A stretch of DNA of 64,000 bases from Antedon mediterranea (taxonomy: Eukaryota; Animalia; Echinodermata), in the NCBI RefSeq assembly GCF_964355755.1, contig NC_092671.1:4526001-4590000 (forward strand). Direction: 5' to 3'. The notes under the pieces were generated by a model. That model made no database searches, was not told the DNA's origin, and saw only the letters and a program-made list of their open reading frames with translations. Both the position numbers and the translations under genes were made by a program. Positions 62,783-64,000 of this stretch are shown here, in pieces. Position 1 is the stretch's first letter. Every line of letters starts with the position of its first letter.

Positions 62783-63130
62783 GCGAGCGAGTCATATGGC
62801 CGAGCGGTTAAGGCAGGGGCGCCGTTTACCGTACCTAAAGAGCCAACAACAACATCGGCAAGGGTTCGAGGCCGACTCGCTCCTAGTTCTGGTGGTGGAA
62901 CAAGTCTTCTCGGATAAGGACTATAAACCGTAGGTCCAGTGTACACAGTTATAACCTGTATGTACTTTAAAGAACCCAGTTCATTATTCGAAGAAGAGTA
63001 GAGGGTTACCCCGGTGAACTGGTTCACACAATAGCCCCTGTATCAGGGGGATTACCACCTATCTGATAGGACAGTGATTAATTCACTATTGGTAATCCTT
63101 GGCCACATTGCCTAAAGACATAAAAATAAA
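62783..63130 (+). mobile_element. tRNA-derived SINE with Deu/Nin core domain
   Basis: A box TGGCCGAGCGG (62797), B box GGTTCGAGGCC (62863), acceptor-like stem gagcgagtc/gactcgctc; core tcggataaggactataaaccgtagg..ttaaagaaccca..aagagta..ccccggtg; A-rich tail. Confidence 0.85.
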
Positions 63131-64000
63131 ATGTAAAATGTTTTAAATCTTCACATCCTTACTGCATTGTGAGCACAATTTTATTTTAACCAATTATGTT
63201 TTTTAATCAAGCAACTGTTGATTTTGTTTTGATTTTTATATGTTGGATATTCATTTCCCATACAAAGTTTCCATATTGGAGATGTGGCAAGATAGGCGCG
63301 TTATAGAAACAATACAGTGGCCTTAAATATCTTATTACGTCATAGGTTTCCAACTCAAATTTTCGTTTATAACAAACCGAAAGAAGGTAATATTTTCATT
63401 TTCTTTTTAGGTTTGAATTGTACCATCAATTGTTATGGAAATAATTTGTCTCGGTGTTACATTTTGATGTCTTTTAGAGTTCTAGAGTGTGTATATCAAA
63501 GAGCGAAAATCATCCCCACAGAATGATTGTGTTGTTTCTGGACGCGCTGCACATTCGAACTCAAAAATTCATTAGGCAAAGAATTAATAGTCCAACAGAG
63601 AAAACATTGAAGTTAGTAGGCCCTATTTGGTCTAAAAATACCTGTACATGCAATCTTTAGACAAGAATAAACACACTGAGTTTCCTAACTGATGGATTCA
63701 CCAATCGTATAACCAGCATAAAACGTTAAATGGAAATTACTTTTTTCTGTAATAAAGTGAAAATACTTGTGTTTCTTTCATTCATTCGCTCAATTTTCTG
63801 ACGATGAAATGGTTCGGTTTTCAGTTTGATATATTCTACGTATGTGTTGTTCAATCAAAGTTTTTATTCTGTCAAACCATCTTTACTTTGAAAGTCTCCG
63901 AGAATACTCGATTTACGTGTAAAATTGGCTTTTCTAAAGAAATACCATCTCTTCTAGCTGTATGTCTATTGATTTTGTTCAGCAAGTTTTTCTTGGTATG

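Noticed and set aside
62785-62882. Functional tRNA gene
   Set aside because: A/B boxes are present but there is no canonical anticodon arm, and it continues into a SINE core.
63520-64000. Possible degenerate coding or transposase sequence on the minus strand
   Set aside because: Only short open stretches with no recognisable motif; runs off the window.

Overview
AT-rich eukaryotic (animal, probably marine invertebrate/echinoderm-like; inferred, not certain) genomic window dominated by a tandem, all-minus-strand cluster of intronless rhodopsin-like (class A) GPCR genes. It holds 6 apparently intact ORFs (3652-4716, 16286-17341, 20451-21476, 23703-24785, 45790-46854, 61111-62199), 4 full-length disrupted copies and at least 7 fragmentary relics. 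A ~15 kb segmental duplication (~11.2-27.5 kb vs ~45.6-60.0 kb) shows reciprocal inactivation of paralogues and supplies empty sites that let many insertions be delimited exactly. These include three non-autonomous Helitrons (one nested in another, one inside a GPCR), two Mutator-like MITEs that both inserted into GGCGGG targets, a 5.7 kb Academ-like element carrying a 30-bp minisatellite and a ~340-bp repeat array, and a hAT element containing a truncated Rex1/Babar LINE. Also present are PIF-like MITEs, Helentron-type HINEs, hairpin-bearing Crypton-like inserts, a 5S rRNA-derived SINE, a tRNA-derived Deu/Nin SINE, and a Penelope-like fragment carrying a minimal hammerhead ribozyme. No CRISPR array or prokaryotic system is present. 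All family assignments come from reading the sequence by eye; no database searches were run.
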